A stretch of DNA of 63,423 nt, the filler included, from Octopus bimaculoides (taxonomy: Eukaryota): NCBI RefSeq assembly GCF_001194135.2. It is 8 parts of 7 records of this genome, joined end to end, with 100 filler letters (N's around TTAATTAATTAA, not from the genome) between each part and the next. Parts side by side here need not be neighbours in the genome. Positions count along the whole stretch, not along the records: positions 29,719 to 60,377 come from NC_068981.1; 7 more parts are not named here. One strand, 5' to 3'. Shown here piece after piece: positions 48,822 to 60,377 of this stretch (positions are counted from its first letter, which is position 1; each line of letters opens with the position of its first letter). The translations under genes and the position numbers were made by a program. Under the pieces are notes generated by a model. It saw nothing but the letters and a program-made list of their open reading frames with translations. It was not told where the DNA came from and did not search any database.

Positions 48822-48965
48822 CTCATGTGAAGTGAAAGGAACCAGCATTCCAATACTGCCAGATAATGTGGTATAGACCAAGGACTCTGATCCACCAGGG
48901 ATGAGGGTAGCCTTCTGTAAAGATGTCACTACTTCACCAACATGAAAGTTAGCAATGACATCAGC
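48822..48965 (-). CDS. SF3B3: SF3B3 coding exon (ADVIANFHVGEVVTSLQKATLIPGGSESLVYTTLSGSIGMLVPFTSHE)
   Basis: 144 nt, AG/GT boundaries, phase 0 at both ends. Confidence 0.97.
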
Positions 48966-49265
48966 CTAAAAACAAAAGATCAAATATATAAAAATATCAT
49001 AACTACATATCTTTTTTTTAAAGGAAGCTTATAAATTTGTTCATTTAATAAAACATTCGTTACAATTAAGCATGTGTGAATGTAGTGTAGCTTTTTTTTT
49101 CAAATACATTACAAAGATTAATTTATTATTTATTTTTAAAAAATGCTTTACCAAAGGAGCAATTTGTCTGCAAGAGTATTGAAATAAAACATCATAAGTA
49201 TCTTTTGTTTTTCCTGAACAAAATACCACACACACCACACAAGAAATGAACTCTCAAGTACAAAC

Positions 49266-49364
49266 CTTTTGAGAAGCACCATTAAGTAAACCTCGATCCC
49301 AAAGTGCTTTGTTACCAGTTGGATCTTCTTCAACTTCATCACAGACATCAGGAGGTAAACGAAT
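49266..49364 (-). CDS. SF3B3: SF3B3 coding exon (IRLPPDVCDEVEEDPTGNKALWDRGLLNGASQK)
   Basis: 99 nt, AG/GT boundaries; contains the DPTGNKALWDRGLLNGASQK motif. Confidence 0.97.
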
Positions 49365-49698
49365 CTAAGCAGAAAGAAACAGTTTTGTTATATCATGAGG
49401 TTACATTAGTAACAAGCCTAATCAGCTAAAACAGTACCTCAATTCAAATTATTATGTTTATGGATCATCTACATCAATATGCCATTAGAAAGACATATTC
49501 TATTTCAGTAATGCAAAGTAGTGAGTTCAATTTGCCAGTGAAACGATAGCAAACTGTATCAATCAGTCATAGCTATGTTTTAATAAATCAAACCACAATC
49601 AACTGTGTTTACAACTGTCCTTACTACAAGTGATCCACTAAATCCATCCATAAAAAAATACACTAGTAAATCTGCAAAAAATCTAAGCAATAATATGA

Positions 49699-50227
49699 TT
49701 AACCCTTTGCCATTTAAACTGCCCATATCCAGCTCAAATATTCTACCTGTTTAAGTTCAAACAAGCCATTCCTGGCCTCTCAGACCTACACAGCAATGTC
49801 ATTCTAAAAGTAAACAATCAGGCATAGGAGTCACTGTGTGGTAAGAAGTTTGCTTCCCAACCACTGCTTGGTACCTTGGGCAAGTGTCTTCTACTACAGC
49901 CTCAGCCTTGTGAGTGAATCTGATAGATGGAAACTGAAAGAAGCCCATCGTATATGTAATATATTTACATCCCCATAACTTAGTGGTTTGGCTAAAAAGA
50001 CCAATAGAATAAGTACCAAACTTAGAAAAAAAGCACTGGGGTTGATTCAATCAACTAAAATTCCTCAAAGCAGTGCCCCAGTAAGGTTGCAGTCTAATGA
50101 CTGAAACAAGTAAAAGAACCACATCATTTGAAATCTCAAAGCTACAAGATAATGTATGATTGATTCAAAATAATGTGAATAAATAAGCATTATATTTGAC
50201 AGAATAATCTGAATGCTAAAGGGTTAA
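49699..50227. mobile_element. piggyBac-type MITE interrupted by SINE D
   Basis: TTAA-CCCTTTGCCATTT ... AATGCTAAAGGG-TTAA ends. Confidence 0.75.
49821..50117 (+). mobile_element. SINE type D, bipartite (5' module, microsatellite, 3' module ending gactgaaacaagtaaaaga), inserted in a MITE
   Basis: the two halves of the MITE flank it on either side. Confidence 0.75.
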
Positions 50228-50369
50228 AGTATGGTTTAAGTAACCCAGCATAGCGACTTTAATGATGATTATATCAAGTGCATCACACAATTTGAAGACA
50301 ATCATGCACTGAAACTAATTACGAGCATGTGCTGCTATGTAAAAGTTCTTTTTTTTTTTATTGAAGGTT

Positions 50370-50597
50370 TTAACCCTTTAGCATTCAGCTTCCTCTGTCA
50401 AATCTTATGTTTATTTATTCACATTGATTTGAATTAGTCATGCATTACTTTGTAGTTTTGAGATTTCAATGATGTGATTGTTTATTTTGAGAATGACATT
50501 GTACGGTAGGTGTAAGAGGCCAGATCTGACCAGTTTCAAGATAAAACTGGTATGTTATTTTGGCCAGATATGGTTGGTTTAAAAGGTAAAAGGTTAA
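50370..50597. mobile_element. piggyBac-type MITE, inverted relative to 49699-50227
   Basis: TTAA-CCCTTTAGCATT ... TAAAAGG-TTAA ends. Confidence 0.75.
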
Positions 50598-51000
50598 ACT
50601 ATCTTTATGGTTTCAATTATTTCAGAGAACACTCATGTTTTAATGAGGTCAATGTTCATTAGTAGAAAATTTTAATACTGACAATTCATTCCATCAGTAA
50701 ACATATAGTACTAGAAACAGTTCTTTTGCTATAATAGTTTTCTGCACAAGATAATTCTATGTAGGCACTGGAAACTACTGAACAACAAATTTCCAGTAAA
50801 ATATTTCAGCACTGAGTCAGTTTCTCTCTTTTTCTTAACACCAGTTGTGCAACCAAATAAGTGAGCAGAGTTCTTTGCTACCATGTCAATGGCAAAGCAC
50901 AGTTCCATGACAGGAATATGTGAATCTTCAGCAGAATTCATTCAATGTATCTTCATACTGGAATAAGTCAAACAATGGCCTTAACTGTATTCAAACTTAC

Positions 51001-51213
51001 CACTGTGATGTTACCAAATTTATCTGCAGTTGCCACAGTATCGTAGTCAAGTAGACATGAACTGGTTACCCAACGAGGTGTCGTGTCATCAGCAAATACA
51101 ATTAGTTGGTTCTCAGGTCGTTTGTAACGGACAAAATTAATACTTTCTTGGATGTCAGAGACAACAATCCGGTGACCCAATGTTAAAATACTCATGATAA
51201 AGTTTGGAATACG
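51001..51213 (-). CDS. SF3B3: SF3B3 coding exon (RIPNFIMSILTLGHRIVVSDIQES...ADKFGNITV)
   Basis: 213 nt, atttcAG acceptor, GTaag donor; contains FADDTTPRWVT and DYDTVATADKFGN. Confidence 0.97.
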
Positions 51214-52144
51214 CTGAAATATTTAAAGAAAAGAAAAAATATTATACATAGATGATTATTACTTCAATCACAGAATGACTTCATTTTACCTCGCTCTCAA
51301 AACTGAATTCTGACAGTTCTAATAAATAAAACATGTCAATATATCCGAACTCTAAAAGAGCACTATTAGATTCCACTCATTTATTTTCAGTCACAATCAG
51401 TGAACAATGGCATCATTAGTTACAAGTTTCTAGTAGTCCAACCATTGCTTCTCTGTTGGCAAGAATGACAAAGGAATGTCTGTACTTTGATGCAGAACAA
51501 ATATCACAAGGGACTGCATTCAGAAAGCAATGGTTTTGTAAATTTCTTATCATGCTTGCCATCATTCATCAATAGACATTGGGTGAAAGATACACACACA
51601 CACATCTGTGAGCTTCTGCACAGCTGCTGCACTATGGGGCTGAGGGACCAAACAAAACTTCACCACACAGCCCTGTCTGCACCAATTTACAACACATGAA
51701 TGATGCAAACTTCCAGTGGCTAAAATACCAATTACTATAGTCAGCAATCTCAGATGACCTGAGTGACAACATTCGAAACAGTTAAGTGACTTGAACTATC
51801 AAGAATACACCAAATACTTTCTATTGATTAGCACATAAAACCACACCTTCTGAAACATTTCATATATTTTGATAATTATAGTAAAAAGAATTCATATTGT
51901 CTTTGTTACAGCCAATTTATTATACCATTTGGATACCACTGGCTATTGTCATTTTGCTACACATACAAGAATCAAACATAGCAGTACAAAGTATAATATG
52001 AGAAACATCAATCATTTTTAAGTCAAGTCAATAACTAATTACTACTAAACATTTCTAATAACTCCATTTCACTATTTTAGTTCACTTAAATTAAGATGTG
52101 ATATAATATGTATATATACATTATATATACATATTTTATACATA

Positions 52145-52354
52145 CAAGGGGGTGTTGAAAAGATCCTGGCTTTAAGGGTATCACAAAAGGCCTGGTTGGA
52201 GGCCCAACATTCCGAGTTCTTTTGCAGAAAATCACAAGGACTGCTGCAGTAAGTGTGTGAATTTGAGAAGGGAATATGTTGAATAAAATCATAATTAACT
52301 GATCCTCTTGTATTTTCTTTTACCCAAAGCTAGGAACTTTTCAGCACCTCCTCA
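52145..52354 (+). mobile_element. mariner-derived MITE (internally deleted)
   Basis: about 30-bp TIRs caagggggtgttgaaaagatcctggcttt / aaagctaggaacttttcagcacctcctca, TA on both sides; retains the last codons (GEYVE*). Confidence 0.8.
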
Positions 52355-52401
52355 TACATACATTATATATATATACATATAAAAAGAAAAAAAGACAATA
52401 C

Positions 52402-52684
52402 CTTATTTTCACATTTTCTGAGCAGCTTTTTCTTCCCAAGATCATATATACGAAGATATCGGCCAGTTCCTATTAAGGCTCGGCCTTGGAATGCAGCAAT
52501 GGCACCAGGAAGCTCATCGACCACAGTCTTATGTACAAACTCTAGCTTCTCTCCGGAATTCAGAAGTTTGTAACAATAGATAAAACCCCCACTGAGAGAA
52601 CGTGGGTTCAGTACTAATTCCTTTGCTGTTCCTACAAGCACATGCATGTCATCACTAGCGCATGAAAACCGCACAAGGGCAATG
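52402..52684 (-). CDS. SF3B3: SF3B3 coding exon (S-IALVRFSC...IYDLGKKKLLRKCENK)
   Basis: 283 nt, ccctctAG acceptor, GTatt donor; contains the SF3B3 motif YDLGKKKLLRKCENK. Confidence 0.97.
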
Positions 52685-52825
52685 CTAGAGGGAGAAAGAA
52701 ATATTGAAGATTGCAAAATTCATTAGAAATAACCAGTTCAATTTATGAATTAATTTATAAAGAAATTAAAATGGAAATAAAACATAAGATAAAATAGAGA
52801 AATGTAAGGAACATGTTAAACAAAC

Positions 52826-53031
52826 CTGTGTGCAGCTTCATTCTGATCAAGAGATACTTTATCTAAAGTCTCTCCTGAAATTGGGTTAATGATACGAACA
52901 ACAGACGCCCACATACCAGTACCAGCCTTGGCAGCACCAAAAGTGTTCTCAGGAAGATCTTCTTCCAAGAAAGCATCAGCCATTTTAGCAGCTAGTTGTC
53001 GCTCGTCTTCTTGTGCAGCTTCTATCATCTC
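52826..53031 (-). CDS. SF3B3: SF3B3 coding exon (EMIEAAQEDERQLAAKMADAFLEEDLPE...DQNEAAH-S)
   Basis: 206 nt, ttttAG acceptor, GTttg donor; overlaps ORF 52816-53028. Confidence 0.97.
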
Positions 53032-53454
53032 CTAAAAAATTGGAAATTATATAATGTCGTCATTTAATGTTCACTTTTCCAAACTTGCATCAGTCAGAGA
53101 GAATTTGTCATAGTAAGCTTTTTAACAGCTGGATGCATTTCCTGTCGCCAACCCTCACCTGTTTCCAAGCAAAGTAATAATATCCCATGGTCAGACACAT
53201 TCATCACAGAAGCATTGTCATATAAACCATGCTCATTTACAACCATCAAGTGATGTCTAGAGAAGGGTGCACACAAACAAAAAGGGCTTCTTTCAATTTC
53301 CATCAACCAAATCCACTCACAAGGTTTTGGTTGGCTTGAGATTATAGCAGAAGACGCCCAAAGTTCTGTGCAGTGGGACTGAACCCAAGACCACATGGTT
53401 GGGTAACAAGTTTCTTAATCACACAGCCATAACTGCACCAACACAAATAGAAAT

Positions 53455-53722
53455 TCATCATCGTTTAACATCCGCTTTCCATGCTAGCATGGGTTGGATG
53501 ATTTGACTGAGGATTGGTGAAACCAGATGGCTACACCAGGCTCCAATCTGATTTGGCAGAGTTTCTACAGCTGGATGCCCTTCCTAACGCCAACCACCCA
53601 GAGAGTGTAGTGGGTGCTTTTACGTGTCACCCGCACGAAGGCCAGTCAGGCGGTACTGGCAACGGCCACGCTCAAAATGGTGTATTTTATGTGCCACCTG
53701 CACAAGAGCCAGTCCAGGGGCA
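53455..53722 (-). mobile_element. RTE 3' UTR fragment, young
   Basis: only a handful of differences from 10176-10435. Confidence 0.8.
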
Positions 53723-53740
53723 AATTATAAAAAACATTCT

Positions 53741-53952
53741 TTAATCCTTTAGCATCCAGATTACTTTGTCAAATGCAATACTTTTTTATTCATATTGTTT
53801 TAAATTAATCATACATTATCTCATGTCTTTAAGAGGTTGATATGATTATTTAATTTTAGAATGACATTGTAGGATAGGTCTGGCTGGTTTGAACATAAAA
53901 CAGCTAGAATATTTGGGCCTGATAATGGCCAGTTTAAATGCTAAAGGGTTAA
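53741..53952. mobile_element. piggyBac-type MITE
   Basis: TTAA-TCCTTTAGCAT ... ATGCTAAAGGG-TTAA ends. Confidence 0.75.
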
Positions 53953-54718
53953 TAACTCCTGTAACAGACTGCAATTATAATAGTATAATAACACTAGTTT
54001 TATTATAGCTTAGATTTGTTGTACGATAGAATATAGGGCATCACCCTCAGACCCATTGCCTGATTGAAATACGGTACATTCAGCTAGATTTGTGAGATGC
54101 TTTAAACTACTAAAATTTAGTATGCACAATCATGCAGTGTGGTTCCATGTTGAACGAAACCAAAACACATCTGATGTTCTGGGCTTCTAATCACACCTAA
54201 CCATGCCATCAGTTCACTTTTTCTACAAGTGAGAATTCTAATCAATCAGACCTTGTCAAATAGAACATAATAGTGATGATATTGGTGACTATGTTGATGA
54301 GGGTGATAATGATGTAAAACAATCTCCAAAACACAAGATCATCATCATCATTTAATGTCTGATTTCCATGCTGGCATGGGTTGGATAGTTTGACAATCTG
54401 GTGAGCCACAGACCTACATTGCACTCCATGTCAGCTGGGTACCTTTCCTAATGCCAACCACTTTACAGTAAGCACTGAGTTCTTTTTTCATGCCACTAGC
54501 ACTAGTGGGGGTTGCCAAGTAAGAATAAGTGTGGGAAGTATTTGAGAAAATAGTGAGATTTTATGTTAAAGACAAGCAGAAGTGTCTTGCTATGGAGAAA
54601 ATACATGGCTACCCTGCATTTATATAAGGGTGTGTAGGAGTATCTGGAAAAAAGGTAAGTTCATACACAACAACCCACAGGTTATTTTTGATTAAGAGAA
54701 ATAACTTAACAAACCAAC

Positions 54719-54893
54719 CTCAGCCATTTGTTGTTTGCGTTGCTGTTTTGTTGATTCAGTATAAGCATTATGGTCTGTTTCAATGATGATAAGGTTGTTG
54801 GAATCTTGATGAATGATAAATTTTCTTGGAGTGTACTGCAATGGCCATGAAACTTGATTAAAGACAGCACCTAGTTTCTCCAAAGCTAAAATC
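54719..54893 (-). CDS. SF3B3: SF3B3 coding exon (R-ILALEKLGAVFNQVSWPLQYTPRKF...KQQRKQQMAE)
   Basis: 175 nt, ctttcAG acceptor, GTtgg donor; overlaps ORF 54692-54883. Confidence 0.97.
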
Positions 54894-56037
54894 CTGAAAG
54901 AAAGTAAATCAAATACAATTTATAAGTTTTTGAACAGTGTAAAAGTCAACTCTTACTTGACATTGGAAAAATGGTTGAGAAATCTCATGTTGGCATGGAT
55001 CAGATGGATTTTGCAAATTACTTTTATTTGAAAATGAATTGGTGAAATATGTTCTACACATGAATTCCCTTCTAACTCTTGAACAGTTGCTCTGTCATAA
55101 ATTCAAGAAATTTGTGGGGACAAGAGAATGAATTCAGTAACAAATTTCATATGAATTTGACCAAAAGCTTTCTAAATATTATTCAATAAATAAAGAAGTA
55201 ATAATAGTTTCTAAATTAGGTACATCATCATCATCGTCATCACCATCTAACATCCATGTTCCATGCTAGCAAGTGTTGGACAATCTTGACAAGGATCTAA
55301 TGAGTCAAGAATATATTCCAGTGTCTGCCCTTCATTCCCAGTACATGAATGGTATTCTATTTTGTTTATCACAAAAAGCTGAACAGTAAAGTTGACCTCA
55401 GTGGGATTTGAACTCAGAATGTGAAGAGCTAGATAGATTATCACAAGGTATTCTGTTTGAAGTTCCAACAATTTTGCCAATCCTCTGCCCCAAAATGTCT
55501 TACATAGGCACAAGGTCAATGGTTCAGGAGTGGGGAGTAAGTCAATTAGTGACCCCAGTACATGACAGGTACTTTATTTCATCAATTCTAGAGGGATAAA
55601 ACAAAATAATTGAACCTCAGAGTGATATGAACATAATAATATTAAAGTATAGATCCTGAAGATGAAGTACCTAAAAGATTTTGTTGTAAAAGGATACACT
55701 GGAGTGATTTTTTCCATTACATTTTCCAGGAATATGTAAAGTTTAAGAATATGCTCATAAGAATAAACACTGATTTCCAATAGCAAAAAGAAGAACCATA
55801 GCATATAAAGTGTCTTGTTCAAAAACGCAATAAATATTTGCAGTAGATTCAAATTCACAACAGATTATTCTCTTCTGAAAGCTAATATATTTTAATTTCA
55901 CTGATATGTTAACCAGTTGGGTCTGATTAACCAACTAACATTTATTTTACCTTCTTGTAAGATCCCTGATAGGAGATCAACTCGTAATACATTTTAAAGC
56001 TGTGAATATCAACTTATTTATATCATATCTGGCTTAC

Positions 56038-56192
56038 CTGAGAGTGTTGGTTGAAATAGCTACAATACCTTCTGGACATTGTTCAGAGGCAAATCCAGAG
56101 GCATATTCCAAGGTTTCGTATGAAAGCGGTGTAAGATGGAATCGATTTTGGTAAGTGTAACTTAACCAGGACCTGCTAGACATGGCCAAAAC
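56038..56192 (-). CDS. SF3B3: SF3B3 coding exon (VLAMSSRSWLSYTYQNRFHLTPLSYETLEYASGFASEQCPEGIVAISTNTL-R)
   Basis: 155 nt, cctgcAG acceptor, GTaag donor; ends in phase 2. Confidence 0.97.
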
Positions 56193-56283
56193 CTGCAGGG
56201 AACAAAAAGTTGAAGAATCATTTCCAAAGAAAGAAATATTTGAAATTAAAGTTGAAGTAGCAACAATGTTGATGAATACTTAC

Positions 56284-56406
56284 AGCTTCTGACCCTTGCA
56301 TAGTGATTCTAAATAGTTTGACAGGACGGGAACCCAAATATCTGGTTCTAGTGTCTGATAAGTCTCCAGTGACTGTGTCTAACACGGTACGCAGCAATAC
56401 ACCATT
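56284..56406 (-). CDS. SF3B3: SF3B3 coding exon ([41 protein letters not shown])
   Basis: 123 nt, AG/GT boundaries, in frame with its neighbours, near-identical to SF3B3. Confidence 0.97.
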
Positions 56407-57424
56407 CTGTAAAAAAAAACAATTTCAGGAAATGATTTTTTTTTTTTGTCACTAAACACAAGGTCAATTCTGTATGTGTTTGTTTTATGCATATTGATGG
56501 TGATAGGGGATAGCAGTTTAAAATCAGTCTGCTTTATGAATTACTGACTCAGGAGAGATGAAAGACAATGTTGAACCTAGTTGAATCTATAATCACAAGA
56601 ATGGTGGGAGGGTGGAAAAGACAGAAATACAACACAAAAATGTAATGGGAAAAGCAGGGATATTTGGAGATGGAATCAGCAGAGAAGTGATTGGTAATAG
56701 CAGAGGTGAATAAAGATAACAGGCAATCACTTCCCAGCTACATGGGCAAGTGTCTTCTACTGTAGGCCCCAGGATGATCAAACCCTTGAGAGTGAATTTG
56801 ATAGATACAAACTGAAAGAAGCGCATCATATACATACATACATTATATATATATATATATATATATATATGAGGACAGCTGCATGAAGAAGTGCCAATCT
56901 CTAATTGTGTAGGAAACCTGTTGAAGGGGTAGACCAAGGAAGATGTGGGATGAAGTGTTGAGAAAGGATCTTCAGGCACTAGGCATCACTAAGGAGATGA
57001 CAAAGAACCAGGACTTCTGGCAATTTGTTGTACTTGAGAAGACATGCTAAGCTAAGTAAAATCACGGCCATCCATACATATAGGCCTGTCCTTTATGGCA
57101 ATCCCATAAGTTCTGTCTCAATTTTGAATAAAGAAAACAAGCGATCAAATGTTATATTTATTTGAAATTTAATCATCAATGTACTTTCCCTGATTATCTA
57201 TGACTTTCTTCCATCTATTTACAAGCTTTTTAATCCCATCTATGCCCCACTCCCTCAACTAGTTGAGAGGACTTTATCTTGAAGGTGCAGGTGTCACGCA
57301 AAAAGCACCCAGTACACTTTGTAAAGTGGTTAGCATTAGGAATGGCATCCAGCCATAGAAACCATGCCAAAATAGACAATTGGTGCCTGGCCAGTTCCTG
57401 TCAAACCGTCCAACCTATGCCAGC

Positions 57425-58898
57425 ATCCCATAAGTTCTGTCCAAATTTTGAATAAAGAAAACAAGTGATCAAATGTTATATTTAATTGAAATTTAATCAT
57501 CAATGTACTTTCCCTGATTATCTATGACTTCCTTTCATCTATTTACAAGCTTTTTAATCCCATCTATGTAAAACTCTTTTGACTTCAAAGCGAAGAACTC
57601 TGAAATGCCAGTTTCGACCTCCTCCTGGCTTGCAAAAGTTATGTCCCCCAAATGATTCTGTAAACTACAAAACAAATGGTAGTCTGAAGGAGCAAGGTTG
57701 GGAGAATAAGGTGGATGAGGAATTTTTTCCCAACCAAGCTCTTCGATCTTCTGTGATGTGATCTTTGCAGTGTGGGGTCGCGCATTGTCCTGATGAAACA
57801 TCACTCCTTTTCAATTCGGGCCTTTTTTCTTCAAAGCTTGGTTCAAATGCTCTAATTGCTAACAGTAGACTTGAGCATTGATTGTTGCATTAGGTGGTAA
57901 TAATTCAAAGTGAAATACTTCACTTTGCAATCCCACCAGATAGAGAGAAGAACCTTTTTTCCATGAAGTTCCCTTCTCGGTTGTGGTTGAGTTTTTTCCC
58001 GTTTACCAAGCCACTGTTTACGACATTTAACATTTCGAAAGAAGATCCATTTTTCGTCACCAGTCACAAGTCTATCAAAAAGGGTGAAATGAATTCGTGA
58101 AAATGGAGAGAAGAGCAGATGTGAACTCGGGATTTGCGGTTGCTTTTGGACAATTCATGAGGTACCCATTTTCCAAGTTGTTGAAGATGATGATGAACAG
58201 TTGTATGGTTTGAACTAAGTTTTATTGCCAATTCTTCAACTGATAATGCAGGATTTTCTTCAAGTAATGCCTCAAGGAGCTTATCATCAATCTCAACTGG
58301 ACGTTCTGTTTGATCTTCATCTTCAAGGTTGAAATCTCCACTTCTGAATTTTGCAAACCATCTTCTACAAGTTCTTTCATTCAAGCATTCTTTCCCATAA
58401 ACTGAGTGTATATTTCGAGTTGCTTCAGCTGCAGAGTTTCCTNNNNNNNNNNNNNNNNNNNNNNNNNNNNNNNNNNNNNNNNNNNNNNNNNNNNNNNNNN
58501 NNNNNNNNNNNNNNNNNNNNNNNNNNNNNNNNNNNNNNNNNNNNNNNNNNNNNNNNNNNNNNNNNNNNNNNNNNNNNNNNNNNNNNNNNNNNNNNNNNNN
58601 NNNNNNNNNNNNNNNNNNNNNNNNNNNNNNNNNNNNNNNNNNNNNNNNNNNNNNNNNNNNNNNNNTTTTTGTACTCCTAAAGCATTATGTGCCTCAAATG
58701 CTCTTTGGATACTTCCATGTTAGAAAGGGTTTTAATCAAAGAAATTTTAATTCTATTATTCTGTTAAAGAATATTTAGTTTAAATGTACACAAATGCATA
58801 AAAATAATTTTTAATTCCATTAGACATTCTAAAACACTATTAAATTTCATTCATTTTTTAAAAAGGTAAAATCGGACAGAACTTATGGGATGACCTGA
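57425..58898 (-). mobile_element. mariner (DD34D) transposon, degenerate
   Basis: CRRWFAKFRSGDF, WVPHEL, TGDEKW, HQDNARPH and YSPNLAPSDY motifs; TIR tcaggtcatcccataagttctgtcc at both ends. Confidence 0.92.
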
Positions 58899-58941
58899 TA
58901 TATATATATATATATATATCATCATCATCATCATCATCATC

Positions 58942-58984
<43 letters not shown>

Positions 58985-59189
58985 CATACACACATGTGTT
59001 TATGACACCTTGTCTTGACATTGCATGGTAGCTGTAAATGAGCATCACTGTCATACAAATGGTGACCTTCATCCCCAATCTTCCATGAAAAGATATCAAG
59101 CTATGGGAAATATTACCTTGCTTCAAAACAGATGCTGGTTGGCAACAGGAAAGGTATCCTGTACAGAAAAGTGAACATCGTGATGATGA

Positions 59190-59220
<31 letters not shown>

Positions 59221-59360
59221 GAATTAGGAATAAAATATGTGATACAATATAATTAAAATCACTCAAATGTCCAGAGTAAAACTAACATTGTTGGAATTGC
59301 TGTTATAATAACAAATGCTTCATGAGTGGATGAATTTTAACAGAAAATGTATGTTCTAAC

Positions 59361-59504
59361 CTGTAAGCCAATATTGAGGAAAAGTCCACCCTGTGATCCA
59401 CCTTCTCGTGTTTCTTCAATAGTTTCTGCATTACCCATTTCTACAATACACAAGGCCTCAGGAGGAGCAGGTAAAGCTTGCATACTCAGTGGTGAAAGAC
59501 AGTC
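59361..59504 (-). CDS. SF3B3: SF3B3 coding exon (DCLSPLSMQALPAPPEALCIVEMG...LFLNIGLQ); first exon visible here, upstream exons absent from the window
   Basis: 144 nt, ttttgtttcAG acceptor and GTtag donor; translation matches the SF3B3 segment DCLQPLSMQALPAQPESLCIVEMG...LNIGLQ. Confidence 0.96.
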
Positions 59505-60029
59505 CTGAAACAAAAATTAATAATACACTAACTTTGACAATAATCAATAAATTGCATTTAAAATAAAATTAAACAGTAGTGTACGTTTGTCAACAAGGTA
59601 ACTAACTATTTCCTTTGACAAGGTGCATGATCAATAGCCAAGTAGTGATTAAATTAACTTCATACAATATTACTGGTACCTATCTTCTTTGGTACCACGA
59701 AAGATGACTCGCCAGGTACTCAGAGAATATGAACTTATGATAACTAGTATGCAATAAAGCTTTCAGTCTTAATTAACATGAACAAAATCCTTAAAAAGTA
59801 CATATAAATACACGTATATATATATGCCATCAGTAGACAATCAAAATACTTCACCAAATTTGAGTAAGAATTTAAAACACAAAAGCTGAAGTAGTTTATT
59901 TTATCTTTAATACAAGAATATAATTATTTTATTTCTATTACCTCATTCTAAAATAAAAACAAATTCAAACTTCTTTCTTTCTCTATCTATCTATGTGTAT
60001 GTGTATGTATATGTATATTACTTCCTTAA

Positions 60030-60377
60030 AAGGTACACGACACTGCTTTTCCCCTTCCCAGGCTACAGGCCCACACCCCCAACACCCATACTGTTAGGAT
60101 TGGCACTCTCAACGTCGGCACGCTGAAAGGTAGATCTGGTGAAATTGTTGAGATGCTTGAACGGAGATGCGTAGATATGTGCTGCATCCAGGAAGTAAGA
60201 TGGAGAGGAGGTTCTGCAAGGTTCCTCACAGGCAAAGAACACAGGTACAAGATTTTCTGGGCAGGGAACACTGACGGGGTCGGGGGCGTAGGAATACTTC
60301 TAGCGGAGAAATGGGTGGATAAGGTAATCGAGGTCGTTAGAGTAAGTGACAGAGTACTTAAGATCAGACTAGTGCTT
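60030..60377 (+). mobile_element. RTE-clade LINE, start of the ORF (APE endonuclease), cut by the contig end
   Basis: 116 open codons: RIGTLNVGTLKGRSGEIVEMLERRCVDMCCIQEVRWRG...GGVGILL...SDRVL. Confidence 0.9.
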
